From the NCBI GenBank assembly GCA_035292885.1, contig DATDPG010000019.1, positions 59,570 to 123,569 on the forward strand: a DNA stretch of 64,000 bases. The letters are read 5' to 3'. The notes beneath the pieces were generated by a model. The model did no database searches. It was not told the origin of the DNA and saw nothing but the letters and a program-made list of their open reading frames with translations. The position numbers were made by a program, and so were the translations under genes. This stretch comes from Bdellovibrionota bacterium (lineage in GTDB: Bacteria; Bdellovibrionota_G; JALEGL01; DATDPG01). Shown here piece by piece: positions 43,237 through 51,947 of the stretch. How positions within the stretch are numbered: position 1 is the first letter of the stretch; each line of letters starts with the position of its first letter.

Positions 43237-45168
43237 TTAAGGGTTGGGGCGATCGAGTTCGCGCGGATGATCCCGTTCCATTTCATGGCGGGTCACTTTG
43301 CCCGTGAGCCACGTTACGTTCATCGGATATTCATCCGGATGGAATATCACGAAGAAGAGGTGCCACACGAGAATGGCCAGCGTCGCCAGCCACGCCTCAA
43401 AATAGTGAATCAACTCCGCCAGCGGGATGCCCCAAACGGGAAGGAATCTTGAAAACAGTTCTGGAAACCAGAGCGCAAAGCCCGTGACCGACATCACGAT
43501 CGTTCCCCAAATGAGCGCCCAATATTCCGCCTTGTGAATGTACGTGTACCGGCCGAGCTTCGGTGCCGTGGCTGCGCGCGCCCGGACGAGTTTAACGTAA
43601 TAAAAGATGTTGGCCGATAAATCCCGGACATCCGTGAGACGCGGAAGAAGCTCCCGAATCTCCTTTCGGCCCTGACGTGTGAAGATCGAATGGAAAATGT
43701 GAAGGACTCCCGCGCTTAACATGATCACCGCGCTGGTACGATGGATGACGCCGCGAGCGTGTTCACCCAAATGAACCCAATCCAAAATCACCGTCCAGCC
43801 GGCGCGAGAAAAATGAAGCGCGAAGCCGGTGATGACAAGCGTCGTAAAGCTCACCAGGAGCAGGCCGTGAGCCACGAGCTGAATCGTTGTGAATCGGGTG
43901 TAGACGACTTCTTCCCGGTGTGAGCGGATCTTTTTCACGACGGCCGCTGCATAAATGAGCAAGTTATGAAGAAGCATCAGGCCGATCGTGCTGACAATCA
44001 TCCAGAGATAGAGAATGCGAACCCAGTAGAGAATGGGGCTGGCTGTCGGAGAGGTGTCCAAGTGCACGGGAACGCGGCTGAACGCCTGCGTTGCATCGGG
44101 GTGGCACTTGCCGCAGGTCTTGGCCAGGTTGTCCGGATGAATCGAGGAGCGGGTATCGGAAGAGGGGAGAATCCGGTGCGTTTCATGGCAGCTGGAACAG
44201 TTTGCGACGGTGACCGAGCCGCGCCGGACGGCCATGCCATGATAACTCTGCATGTACGTTGAAAGCCGTTGAATTGAAAATCCGTATCGCTGGGCCAGAG
44301 TAAGATCGGAATGACAGTGGCCGCACGTCTTCGTTGTCAGCTGTGCAGGCGACACAGGCGATTCAGGCGATTTCGTGTCGACGATGGCGTGTTCGCCGTG
44401 GCAGTCCGTGCAGGCGGGGGCGTCCGTAATCCCGCGAGCGACGGCCTGTCCGTGCACGGAGACCTTATAATCTTCTAAGATATCGCTGTGGCATCTTCCA
44501 CATGTTGCGGGAATTTGTTTCTTCGAAACCGCGGACATCATTTCACGTCCCGGCTGGATCGTGTGATAGCCGTGACAGTCGGTACAGACGGCGGCTTTCA
44601 GATTACCAGCCGCAATGGCACGACCGTGGACGCTGTTTTTATACGCGCCGACAGGGTCGGACACGGGGATGTCGTATTTCTTGGCGAGTTTGATGTCGGC
44701 GTGACACTTGGCGCACAAAGCGGGGACGTTGGCTTTGCTGTGTCTCGCGGTTTCGCTGGTGAACGGCTGAATCAAATGCGCGTCGCCGTGGCAATCGACA
44801 CAAGAAGGCGCATCTGAAATCCCATTGTTCTTTGCAGTGCCGTGCGTGCTGCCGCGGTACTCCTTTTCGGCATCTTCATGACAGCTTCCGCAATTTACTT
44901 TTTGTGGAGCTTCCTCATGCTCGCCGAAGGGCCCGCCGGCGTGGCAGTCGGTGCAGGCTAGTTCGCCGTGGACGGAAGCCTTGAAAACTTTGGGATCCAC
45001 GACGTCATGGCAATCAACACACTTTTTCGGATCGATTCGGTTCGCGGCAAAAACCGACGAAATCGCAAACATTGCGCAGCCGACGAATGCCAAGCCCGAT
45101 TTTGTAAAGGGAACCCCGGTCGGTTTCAAAAATTGGACACTCATCCGATGAAAACGCCCGCCAAGCAT
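43237..45168 (-). CDS. CbcL-like inner-membrane fusion: 11-haem cytochrome c domain + HydC/FdnI-type cytochrome b domain
   Basis: Eleven CXXCH motifs: CVDCH, CTDCH, CGSCH, CVDCH, CAKCH, CTDCH, CGRCH, CTDCH, CGHCH, CSSCH, CGKCH. These are followed by a 4-TM b-type domain (YTRFTTIQLVAHGLLLVSFTTLVITGFAL...IHKAEYWALIWGTIVMSVTGFALWFP) with conserved His. The start may be the internal MSVQF at 45144. Confidence 0.8.
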   Translation of the reverse strand: MLGGRFHRMSVQFLKPTGVPFTKSGLAFVGCAMFAISSVFAANRIDPKKCVDCHDVVDPKVFKASVHGELACTDCHAGGPFGEHEEAPQKVNCGSCHEDAEKEYRGSTHGTAKNNGISDAPSCVDCHGDAHLIQPFTSETARHSKANVPALCAKCHADIKLAKKYDIPVSDPVGAYKNSVHGRAIAAGNLKAAVCTDCHGYHTIQPGREMMSAVSKKQIPATCGRCHSDILEDYKVSVHGQAVARGITDAPACTDCHGEHAIVDTKSPESPVSPAQLTTKTCGHCHSDLTLAQRYGFSIQRLSTYMQSYHGMAVRRGSVTVANCSSCHETHRILPSSDTRSSIHPDNLAKTCGKCHPDATQAFSRVPVHLDTSPTASPILYWVRILYLWMIVSTIGLMLLHNLLIYAAAVVKKIRSHREEVVYTRFTTIQLVAHGLLLVSFTTLVITGFALHFSRAGWTVILDWVHLGEHARGVIHRTSAVIMLSAGVLHIFHSIFTRQGRKEIRELLPRLTDVRDLSANIFYYVKLVRARAATAPKLGRYTYIHKAEYWALIWGTIVMSVTGFALWFPELFSRFLPVWGIPLAELIHYFEAWLATLAILVWHLFFVIFHPDEYPMNVTWLTGKVTRHEMERDHPRELDRPNP

Positions 45169-45213
45169 ATCTCAGCTTGGCGGGCGCCGAAACATGAACT
45201 CATTCTGAGCCTG

Positions 45214-45588
45214 TTATTTCGCCTTTGACTGCAGGTCTCGCGTGTATTCCGTCAACGCCGTAATGTCGGCGTCCGACAGTCCTTCCAACTTCTTCATCTT
45301 CCCTTTGCCCTCTTTCATCGACTTCTTAATGTCGTCGTCGGTGATTTTCTTGGCTTCGGGGGAAAGGATGCTGAGCCCTTCCGGCTTTTCGAGCTTCAGG
45401 GTTTTAGCTACCGGCATCCAGGAGCCGTCCGCCTTCTTTCCGCCGCCGTCTTCCGCGTGGCATTTCTTGCAATGCTTGTCGTACAGCGCCTTTTTCGCGG
45501 CGTCATCCGCCGCGAATGCGGACGCGGCAAACATCAAAGCGGGCACAACCAGGATTCCGATCAGTCCAATCAACGTCTTCTTCAACAT
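45214..45588 (-). CDS. Small periplasmic monohaem cytochrome c (paralog of 12625..12975)
   Basis: Start MLKKTLIGLIGILVVPALMFAASAFA behind RBS GGAGGA. Single CKKCH. Confidence 0.85.
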   Translation of the reverse strand: MLKKTLIGLIGILVVPALMFAASAFAADDAAKKALYDKHCKKCHAEDGGGKKADGSWMPVAKTLKLEKPEGLSILSPEAKKITDDDIKKSMKEGKGKMKKLEGLSDADITALTEYTRDLQSKAK

Positions 45589-45650
45589 AGGCTTCCTCCA
45601 GTGTTTCTTTTTAGATGATGCCAAATTTACGAACATGATTCGGATCAATG

Positions 45651-45685
45651 AAATGAAAAGAGGGCCGGCCCGTATGGGCCGGCCC
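45651..45685 (-). terminator. Rho-independent-type hairpin inside the cytochrome gene string
   Basis: Perfect 10-bp GC stem gggccggccc / gggccggccc with a 4-nt loop (45662..45685). On the minus strand it is followed by TCTTTTCATTT. Confidence 0.6.
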
Positions 45686-45719
45686 CGTCAATCGCTCTGG
45701 ACGGTTCAAACTCTCGCGC

Positions 45720-48700
45720 TTAACGCAACGTCGCGTTCGGAACCGCCACGCCGGTGATTACCTTATACGTCCCTTGGAGGACGCCGACCTCGTATCCGGC
45801 GTTATGGACGCCCATGCTGCCGTCTCGAACCACCAGATTGTGGTTCCAGATCGCCCGGCGGATCTTGTCGGATCGGGCCCACTTGAAGGCCCCGCCGGCG
45901 GGATAGACGCTAACGCCGGGGTTGCAGTCCGCGGCGTTCGTGCAGGCCGTAGTAAGGTCGTTGTCGCACTTGCCGGCAATGTACGCCCCGCACGTGCTGA
46001 GGCACTTGTCGTGCGTCGGCGTCGGATCCAAAGGATCGACCGTACCACACGAGATGGTCGTATCTTCTTTGCACCGGTTCTTGCTCGAACCCGAGGTATT
46101 GCACGGACGCGCATCCGCGCCTGCACCGTTGAAGTTCGAGTAACCCAGAGCGTCCGGAACGATGCAGTCGTTGTCCGTGGAACACTCGATCTCATCCGTA
46201 CTCCCGGCGGTGGACCTCGGTTTTGCGATGGTGCACTTGTTGGTCGCAGTGACACAGGGGCCGAAGTACATCGTCCCCGTCGTCGCAATTTTGCAGTCCT
46301 CGTCCTTGGAGCAACTATAGGCCGAACGTTGATCACACTTTCCGGCTGTGATCGTCCCGCACGGTCCGTAGTTCGTCGCTGATACGGTCGTCACATTCAC
46401 CTTCTTCAGGTTGCATCCGGCATCCGAAGTGCAGAATTGAGCGTCGGCCACAATCGTAGTACTTGCTGCCGAGCAAGTCTTGACCGCGTCGCAACTCGTG
46501 TCACCAGCCGCCGTGCAACTGATGTAGGGCGCCAGCGTACACTTCTTGTTTGCGTTGCAGTCACCCGCGTCCAGTGTAGTGACACTGCACGTTCCCAGGT
46601 TCACGTCGTCGTACGCTTTGATGGCGTCCGACAAGAGGAGCGCAAGCCCCGTGACTTCGTCCTGGATCCCCTCGATCGTCCCATCGCCGTCGTAATCGCC
46701 GCGAGCCTCACGGTTAATCTCCGTGAGATCCGTGTGACATGGCGTGCACGCGCTGATGTTCGCGAGCTCACCCGCTTCACCGGCTACGGTCTCCTCTTCC
46801 TCGGCACCGACTAGATGGCCGACGCCGTGACCGCTCATAATGTTGAAAGAGTGACCGCCCAAGTGGCGGAACCCATCCTCCGTCGCATCCGGCCCCTCGG
46901 CCATGTGGCACGTGAGGCACTTCCGGTTCTCCGTCGGCAATGTCGGGTCACCCGAAACATCCGCCAGAATAAATCCCGGCTCGGAATGGAACGAATTCCC
47001 CGTTGTGAAGACATCGTCGATTCCGTTTTTGTCGAGGTCGAGAAGAGCCCCCTTTCCTTCGAGAACGGGAGCCTGCGGATTGTAGTGGACCTGTCGCGTG
47101 TAATAGTCCGCGTTTTGCTCCAACGTCTCGCAGAGCGTATCTGAAACGCCGTCGCGATTCGTGTCGCACGAAAACTCTCCGAAACTGTAGAGGCCGTCGT
47201 GGCACTTGTAACAAACGGCCGCCTTCCCGGCATCCACTGTCGATTCGTCGATGATCATCTCGAGCTCTCCGTGCATTCGAAGCTGGTCCTCGTTTGTCGC
47301 GTCGTGCGGGTCATGACACCCAGCGCACCCGATACCGACGAAAGCCTCCTGTTCCGTGATCGGCGTGAGGGCTTCCTCGCCCCCCTCCACATAATTGATG
47401 AAGCCCTTGGAGGTATGGCAGCGTGTACAGGCTGCGTTCGTGAGCCATGAAACCTGATAGCTGGCGGAGCCGTGCGAGACGCCGGTCATGTTGTGCGAGG
47501 AGTTGATCCATTCGGCCTCTTGCGTATGACACTGGCCGCAGATACCGGTCTGAGAAGCGGAGACACCGATCTTCGTGGCGTCGCCGTTGTGTCCCGAACC
47601 CGGGCCATGGCAATTCTCACACTGAACACCGCTTAGAGCGGCCACGGAAGGCGCATCCGCCAAGAAATCGGCGTATGTGCCCGGCTGGGTGGAAACGTCA
47701 AAGCCGGTCGAGGCCACGGCCTCGTCAAATCCGCCGTTTGCGGCGGACGTATTGTAACCGACCGTTTCAAAGCCCCACAGATAGGGCTCGGGTGCCAGCG
47801 ATGACATGGCCAGATACGAATTTTCGTAGAGCTTTGAGTGATTTGTTCCCTGCCACTCGCCGACTTTGTCCGGCATCGCCGAACCGTCATGGCATCCGGC
47901 GCACTCGGGCCTCGCCGCGTCGCCGGTGATACTTCCGATGCCTACATACGTCCCGGCATACATCCGGAACGAACCCACGATCGTGCAATGATCCACGCCG
48001 CCGTCCGAGGTGTATTTACAATTGGGCGCGACACGGCCGCACGCCCGTACACCATCCGCATCGGGTCCCACAGCCGATTCATCGACCGTCGCCGTGTAGG
48101 CCACCGTGTAATACCCCTCGACATCCGGCGTGAACTTGGGGAGCTGAAGCGCTGAGGCTACGGTTCCGGAATCGGCAAAAACGGCTGCAGATCCATCCGG
48201 GGGTGTCAGCGTCCAAGACCAGTCATCGTTGATGGGCTTGGCGCGCCTCGTGGTCGGCGTGCTCGTCGAAGGCAACGAACCGTTACACGCTGTCGAAGTG
48301 GATGTGTACTCCAATATGACCGAACTGTTCGGTCCCTGCAGGTAGAGGGGAACATTCAGCGGAACGGTCCAAAGACCGCTCGACCGCTGAATCTCGGCAC
48401 CGGCGTCCTGAACATAGACCACCTGTGTCGTGCTGTCGCTGTTCCCGGCACCGTCGTCCACCGTCAACCTGAAATAGAGTTTCGTATCTTCGATCGAAAC
48501 AGGGAGCGGTTGCCACTTGTACTCATCACTTTGTCCGCCGTGCGCGGCGTTCTCCTCAGCTTCCCTCAAACCGACGGTCAGAAAATCCTTAAGCGCGGGA
48601 GCGGTGAACGGAAGAGTTGAGGACGTGCTCCCGGCCGTCGCGGTCGCGAAGGGGCCGGAGACCTGCTGCCAGCTGTAGTTCACGACACTTCCGCGGCTGT

Positions 48701-49163
48701 TTTCGCCGGAGAGAATTCCACCCGCGTCTTCCAAATCGATGGCCAGTTCATCCGTTCCGAATCGTGTGCGTGTGGTGATGGTGGAACCGGAACCGTTCGT
48801 GATGACCGCAAGAATCGTCTTGGCCGTGACGCTGACCGTGTCGGTGCTTTCGGCATCGTGGAGAGAGAGTTTCAACACGTACGTGCCGGCCGCGTCCGCG
48901 ACAAAGCTGGTCGCGATTTCGGAACCGCCCGTCAGAGCGGCGGAAGAACCGTCGGGTTTCGATTCAAGCGTCCATATAATATTGCCGACGACCGTGCTTC
49001 CGGAACCGTCCAAATTCACGGTGTCGCCGATCAGGACCTTCTGGTCCTCGCCTGCGTTAGCGGCGGCGGTCCCTTCCGGATCGTCGTCGCATGCCGAAAC
49101 ACTGATCGCCACGGCGGCAGCCGCGAGAAGATTGATCATCCAAAGTCCCTTCGTGCTTTTCAT
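45720..49163 (-). CDS. Giant surface lipoprotein octahaem cytochrome c with PKD-like domains and Cys-rich C-terminal repeats
   Basis: Start MKSTKGLWMINLLAAAAVAISVSAC (lipobox; RBS GAGGGAGAG). Motifs CAGCH, CENCHGPGSGH, CGQCH, CTRCH, CAGCHDPH, CYKCH, CLTCH, CTPCH. PKD-like DTVNLDGSGS...AGTYVLKLSLHD. C-terminal 4-Cys modules. Confidence 0.85.
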   Translation of the reverse strand: MKSTKGLWMINLLAAAAVAISVSACDDDPEGTAAANAGEDQKVLIGDTVNLDGSGSTVVGNIIWTLESKPDGSSAALTGGSEIATSFVADAAGTYVLKLSLHDAESTDTVSVTAKTILAVITNGSGSTITTRTRFGTDELAIDLEDAGGILSGENSRGSVVNYSWQQVSGPFATATAGSTSSTLPFTAPALKDFLTVGLREAEENAAHGGQSDEYKWQPLPVSIEDTKLYFRLTVDDGAGNSDSTTQVVYVQDAGAEIQRSSGLWTVPLNVPLYLQGPNSSVILEYTSTSTACNGSLPSTSTPTTRRAKPINDDWSWTLTPPDGSAAVFADSGTVASALQLPKFTPDVEGYYTVAYTATVDESAVGPDADGVRACGRVAPNCKYTSDGGVDHCTIVGSFRMYAGTYVGIGSITGDAARPECAGCHDGSAMPDKVGEWQGTNHSKLYENSYLAMSSLAPEPYLWGFETVGYNTSAANGGFDEAVASTGFDVSTQPGTYADFLADAPSVAALSGVQCENCHGPGSGHNGDATKIGVSASQTGICGQCHTQEAEWINSSHNMTGVSHGSASYQVSWLTNAACTRCHTSKGFINYVEGGEEALTPITEQEAFVGIGCAGCHDPHDATNEDQLRMHGELEMIIDESTVDAGKAAVCYKCHDGLYSFGEFSCDTNRDGVSDTLCETLEQNADYYTRQVHYNPQAPVLEGKGALLDLDKNGIDDVFTTGNSFHSEPGFILADVSGDPTLPTENRKCLTCHMAEGPDATEDGFRHLGGHSFNIMSGHGVGHLVGAEEEETVAGEAGELANISACTPCHTDLTEINREARGDYDGDGTIEGIQDEVTGLALLLSDAIKAYDDVNLGTCSVTTLDAGDCNANKKCTLAPYISCTAAGDTSCDAVKTCSAASTTIVADAQFCTSDAGCNLKKVNVTTVSATNYGPCGTITAGKCDQRSAYSCSKDEDCKIATTGTMYFGPCVTATNKCTIAKPRSTAGSTDEIECSTDNDCIVPDALGYSNFNGAGADARPCNTSGSSKNRCKEDTTISCGTVDPLDPTPTHDKCLSTCGAYIAGKCDNDLTTACTNAADCNPGVSVYPAGGAFKWARSDKIRRAIWNHNLVVRDGSMGVHNAGYEVGVLQGTYKVITGVAVPNATLR

Positions 49164-49189
49164 GTTTTCTCTCCCTCTCATGAAAGTTC

Positions 49190-49984
49190 TTACTGCGTAT
49201 GACATATGATGCAAGCCTGTCCATTGTCCGGATGCCGAAGCGGCGTATGGCAGCCCCGGCAATCCGCGTTAGGTAGATGGTTGACGTTGCTCGGTCGCCT
49301 CGGCGTGGCCATGTGAGCCGAGCTCGTTTGGTGGCACACCACGCACCTCTGTGCCCCATACGATTCCAGCGGGTAATGACAGTTCAGGCAGTGCCGATTT
49401 TGGGACGCCCCGAACCCGGCCATGTGATCGATCGGCTTCGTTTCCATATGGCACCGCTGGCAGAAGTCGGTCCGGTGGCACGTCATGCACTGCGATCGGT
49501 CGAAGCCCACCTGGAGCGCATGGCCGCGGAGGCGGAAGAATTGGTTGTGATTCGCCGGCGGCGTGATCTGGTGGCATTCCGAGCAGCTGGACTGCGTGTG
49601 GCAGAGGTTGCAGCTGTTCTTCGTGTCGAACCTAAACCGCTGCACCAGCGCGCCGTGCTCATGCTTGAACGTCAAATCGTGCCAGGCCGGTTTCGTGTCT
49701 TTGGTCATCCCGCCTTCGTGACATTCCGAACAGTCGCTGTCTCGCGCAACATCCGGGTGCTCCCACGTTGTGCCTTCGTCGCACCCTTTGTTGCCGAGAA
49801 AAAATGGGACCGCGAGCATTATTGTTAAAACAGACAACGATCGTCTGATGGGGTGCCAAGAAAATACGTTCGGGCTCCGGTCCCGACGGTACCCCCCAAG
49901 TCCATGCTCGAGACTGCGCGTGGACTTGGGTGTCCCCGTCGGGCCACCCGAACGTATTTTCTTGGCACCCTTCAAAAGTTCCAA
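49190..49984 (-). CDS. Nonahaem cytochrome c (periplasmic/barrel-inserted component)
   Basis: CSECH, CNLCH, CSECH, CMTCH, CQRCH, CLNCH, CVVCH, CRGCH, CIICH, with paired CxxCH-x4-CxxCH units as in 13308..13910. Hydrophobic segment LSVLTIMLAVPFFLGNKGC. The exact start is uncertain. Confidence 0.85.
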   Translation of the reverse strand: MELLKGAKKIRSGGPTGTPKSTRSLEHGLGGYRRDRSPNVFSWHPIRRSLSVLTIMLAVPFFLGNKGCDEGTTWEHPDVARDSDCSECHEGGMTKDTKPAWHDLTFKHEHGALVQRFRFDTKNSCNLCHTQSSCSECHQITPPANHNQFFRLRGHALQVGFDRSQCMTCHRTDFCQRCHMETKPIDHMAGFGASQNRHCLNCHYPLESYGAQRCVVCHQTSSAHMATPRRPSNVNHLPNADCRGCHTPLRHPDNGQACIICHTQ

Positions 49985-51312
49985 GCGACCCTCACATCCA
50001 ACGTATGGAAATTGTCCAGGTCACTGGTTTCAAATTCGTACCCGAGCCGCCCCTCAAAGTCTTTGAGAAACTTCACGGTTCCCCGCGCATAGTACGTTTG
50101 GACGTTGTCCGATTCGTTCCCGGCTAAAAGGTTATATCGATAGAGGTAGAAAGCTGTTCCGGCCGTCAGCCGCAGCTTCCGCTTCAACAGGTCTTGGGCG
50201 ATGGAGAAAGATGTCCCGTACGTATCGTTCTGAAGTTCGTTGTCCTGTCCCAAATAGTAATCGCCGGTTAACGAAAGGCTCATGCCGTCGAGCGGCCATT
50301 CGATCGTTGACCCCGTCAAAAAGAACCGCTGAAAACCGTGATTGAACGCACTGGCGACCTGCTCTTCAATCAAAATACGGAATGCATACCCCGCATCCAG
50401 GGCAAAATGCTCGCCGATCCCCTTCATCCCGGTGAAGGCCATTTCGTAATACGGTTTGTATTCCCCGGCGAACGAATACGGATCCAGATCGATCACGCGG
50501 ACACCGTACGACTCGAGGAGACTGAAGAAGTGAAACTGGAGAGAAAGGTTCTGTTCGATGAATCGGTACCGGGTGTCGAGGGCCAAGTCCCGGACTTGAT
50601 CCAAGAACGATGTAAACCTCGAGGAAATCATGAGCCCCGGCTGGGCGTCCCACCAAACGCTCAGGCCGAAGAGATCATCTTCGATGTCACCGACGTTCGC
50701 CCGGAAGCCGGTGAAGTCATCCTTCAAATGAACGTAATCGAAACGGGCCCGAACCACCTTGACCGGATCGATCTCAAACGCTCCGCCGGCGACAAAATCG
50801 CCGCTGTCGGAACCGGTTTCCGTTTCGTAGAAATGGACCGGAACGCCGCCGTACGACATCAGCTTGAACCCTTTGGCTTCCCGCCACTGAAGGGAGAGGC
50901 CGTCGAAGTACAGCGACTCGAATTCCTGCCGGAACTGCCGTCCCGCGCGAAGCCGATCGAATACGCCGAGGTTGTTGGCGTCGAGGTAGGCGTGGTAGAT
51001 CCGCCCCGCGGCGCCGGTGTTGAAGGAGTCGTACACGCCATTGAACGTGGAATCCGAACTGTCGCCGTCCAGGTCGAAAATCCCGCCGGCCTGCAGGGAA
51101 ACCGCCACGCGGTCGTTCAAAGGCTCGCCCATGTTGAGCGAAAGAAGCGTTTCAAGATCCTGATCGCTGGTATCGGCGGTGGCGCGCAGTTTGTAACGGG
51201 TGCTGATGGAACCGAAAATATTGGAGTCTTCCGCGATCGCCGCATCGCAATAGACATACGCCCCAAAAAGGAGAAGCGTACATCCCAACCGACGGCGGCG
51301 AGAGGCGAGCAT
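49972..51312 (-). CDS. Outer-membrane beta-barrel (porin component of a porin-cytochrome module)
   Basis: Signal MLASRRRRLGCTLLLFGAYVYCDAAIA, amphipathic strands, and C-terminal ...LDVRVAWNF. Paralogous by eye to 13897..15126. Confidence 0.65.
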   Translation of the reverse strand: MLASRRRRLGCTLLLFGAYVYCDAAIAEDSNIFGSISTRYKLRATADTSDQDLETLLSLNMGEPLNDRVAVSLQAGGIFDLDGDSSDSTFNGVYDSFNTGAAGRIYHAYLDANNLGVFDRLRAGRQFRQEFESLYFDGLSLQWREAKGFKLMSYGGVPVHFYETETGSDSGDFVAGGAFEIDPVKVVRARFDYVHLKDDFTGFRANVGDIEDDLFGLSVWWDAQPGLMISSRFTSFLDQVRDLALDTRYRFIEQNLSLQFHFFSLLESYGVRVIDLDPYSFAGEYKPYYEMAFTGMKGIGEHFALDAGYAFRILIEEQVASAFNHGFQRFFLTGSTIEWPLDGMSLSLTGDYYLGQDNELQNDTYGTSFSIAQDLLKRKLRLTAGTAFYLYRYNLLAGNESDNVQTYYARGTVKFLKDFEGRLGYEFETSDLDNFHTLDVRVAWNF

Positions 51313-51718
51313 GATAAATCAACCTACAATGTGAATCGTCCCCATACGGATTCCATGACGTAAATCAAGTTGCTGAATATTTCTCAACTTCTTGATGATT
51401 CCAAGAATAATCTCACAATCAACGCGGGCAGCCGCAAAGGATCCAGAATTTCCTCTCTTGGCGGTTTCGACGAAATCCCGCGTGATGGCGGCAGGGAGCG
51501 GGTGGATTTTCGATACAGGCGGGCGAACCGCCGAGCGGGCAATCTTCGCGCAAAGCTGTGGAAAAAGGGTCTTCCGGCCGCATCAGCTGAAGAACGCCGT
51601 TGAAGGCGAAACCGTGCGTCGCCAAAACAACGACCTTTCCTTCTTTTTCGGCCATGCGGGTTCCCGGTTTCTCGAAAACTCATTATCACCGATCATCACG
51701 CCGAAGAATAGGACTGAA

Positions 51719-51947
51719 ATCAGGATTGGAACGCTTGGACCGCCGACCAAAGGGCGAACCCGAAAAAAAGCGCCGCGGCCACCCATCGGACCCACTTCAT
51801 TTTGATCTTTTCGGCCATTCGGTCGCCCAAATAGACGGCCAGACCGCCAGCTCCGACGACCGGGCGGAATTCGTGCGTAGGAACGTCAACTCGTCCGATT
51901 TTCTCAAATCCGTACTCATTTGAGAGGCGTCGAAGGCTCTCATTGTG
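51719..51947 (-). pseudogene. Possible remnant of a UPF0016/GDT1-like membrane protein C-terminus
   Basis: Open frame between an upstream TAG and a TGA reads ...FRPVVGAGGLAVYLGDRMAEKIKMKWVRWVAAALFFGFALWSAVQAFQS. No start codon lies upstream of the internal Met, and the ExGDKT motif is missing. Confidence 0.3.

Noticed and set aside
50338-51363. 341-aa plus-strand ORF
   Set aside because: It is antisense to the 446-aa outer-membrane barrel gene. The minus frame has a signal peptide, a strand pattern and a terminal Phe.
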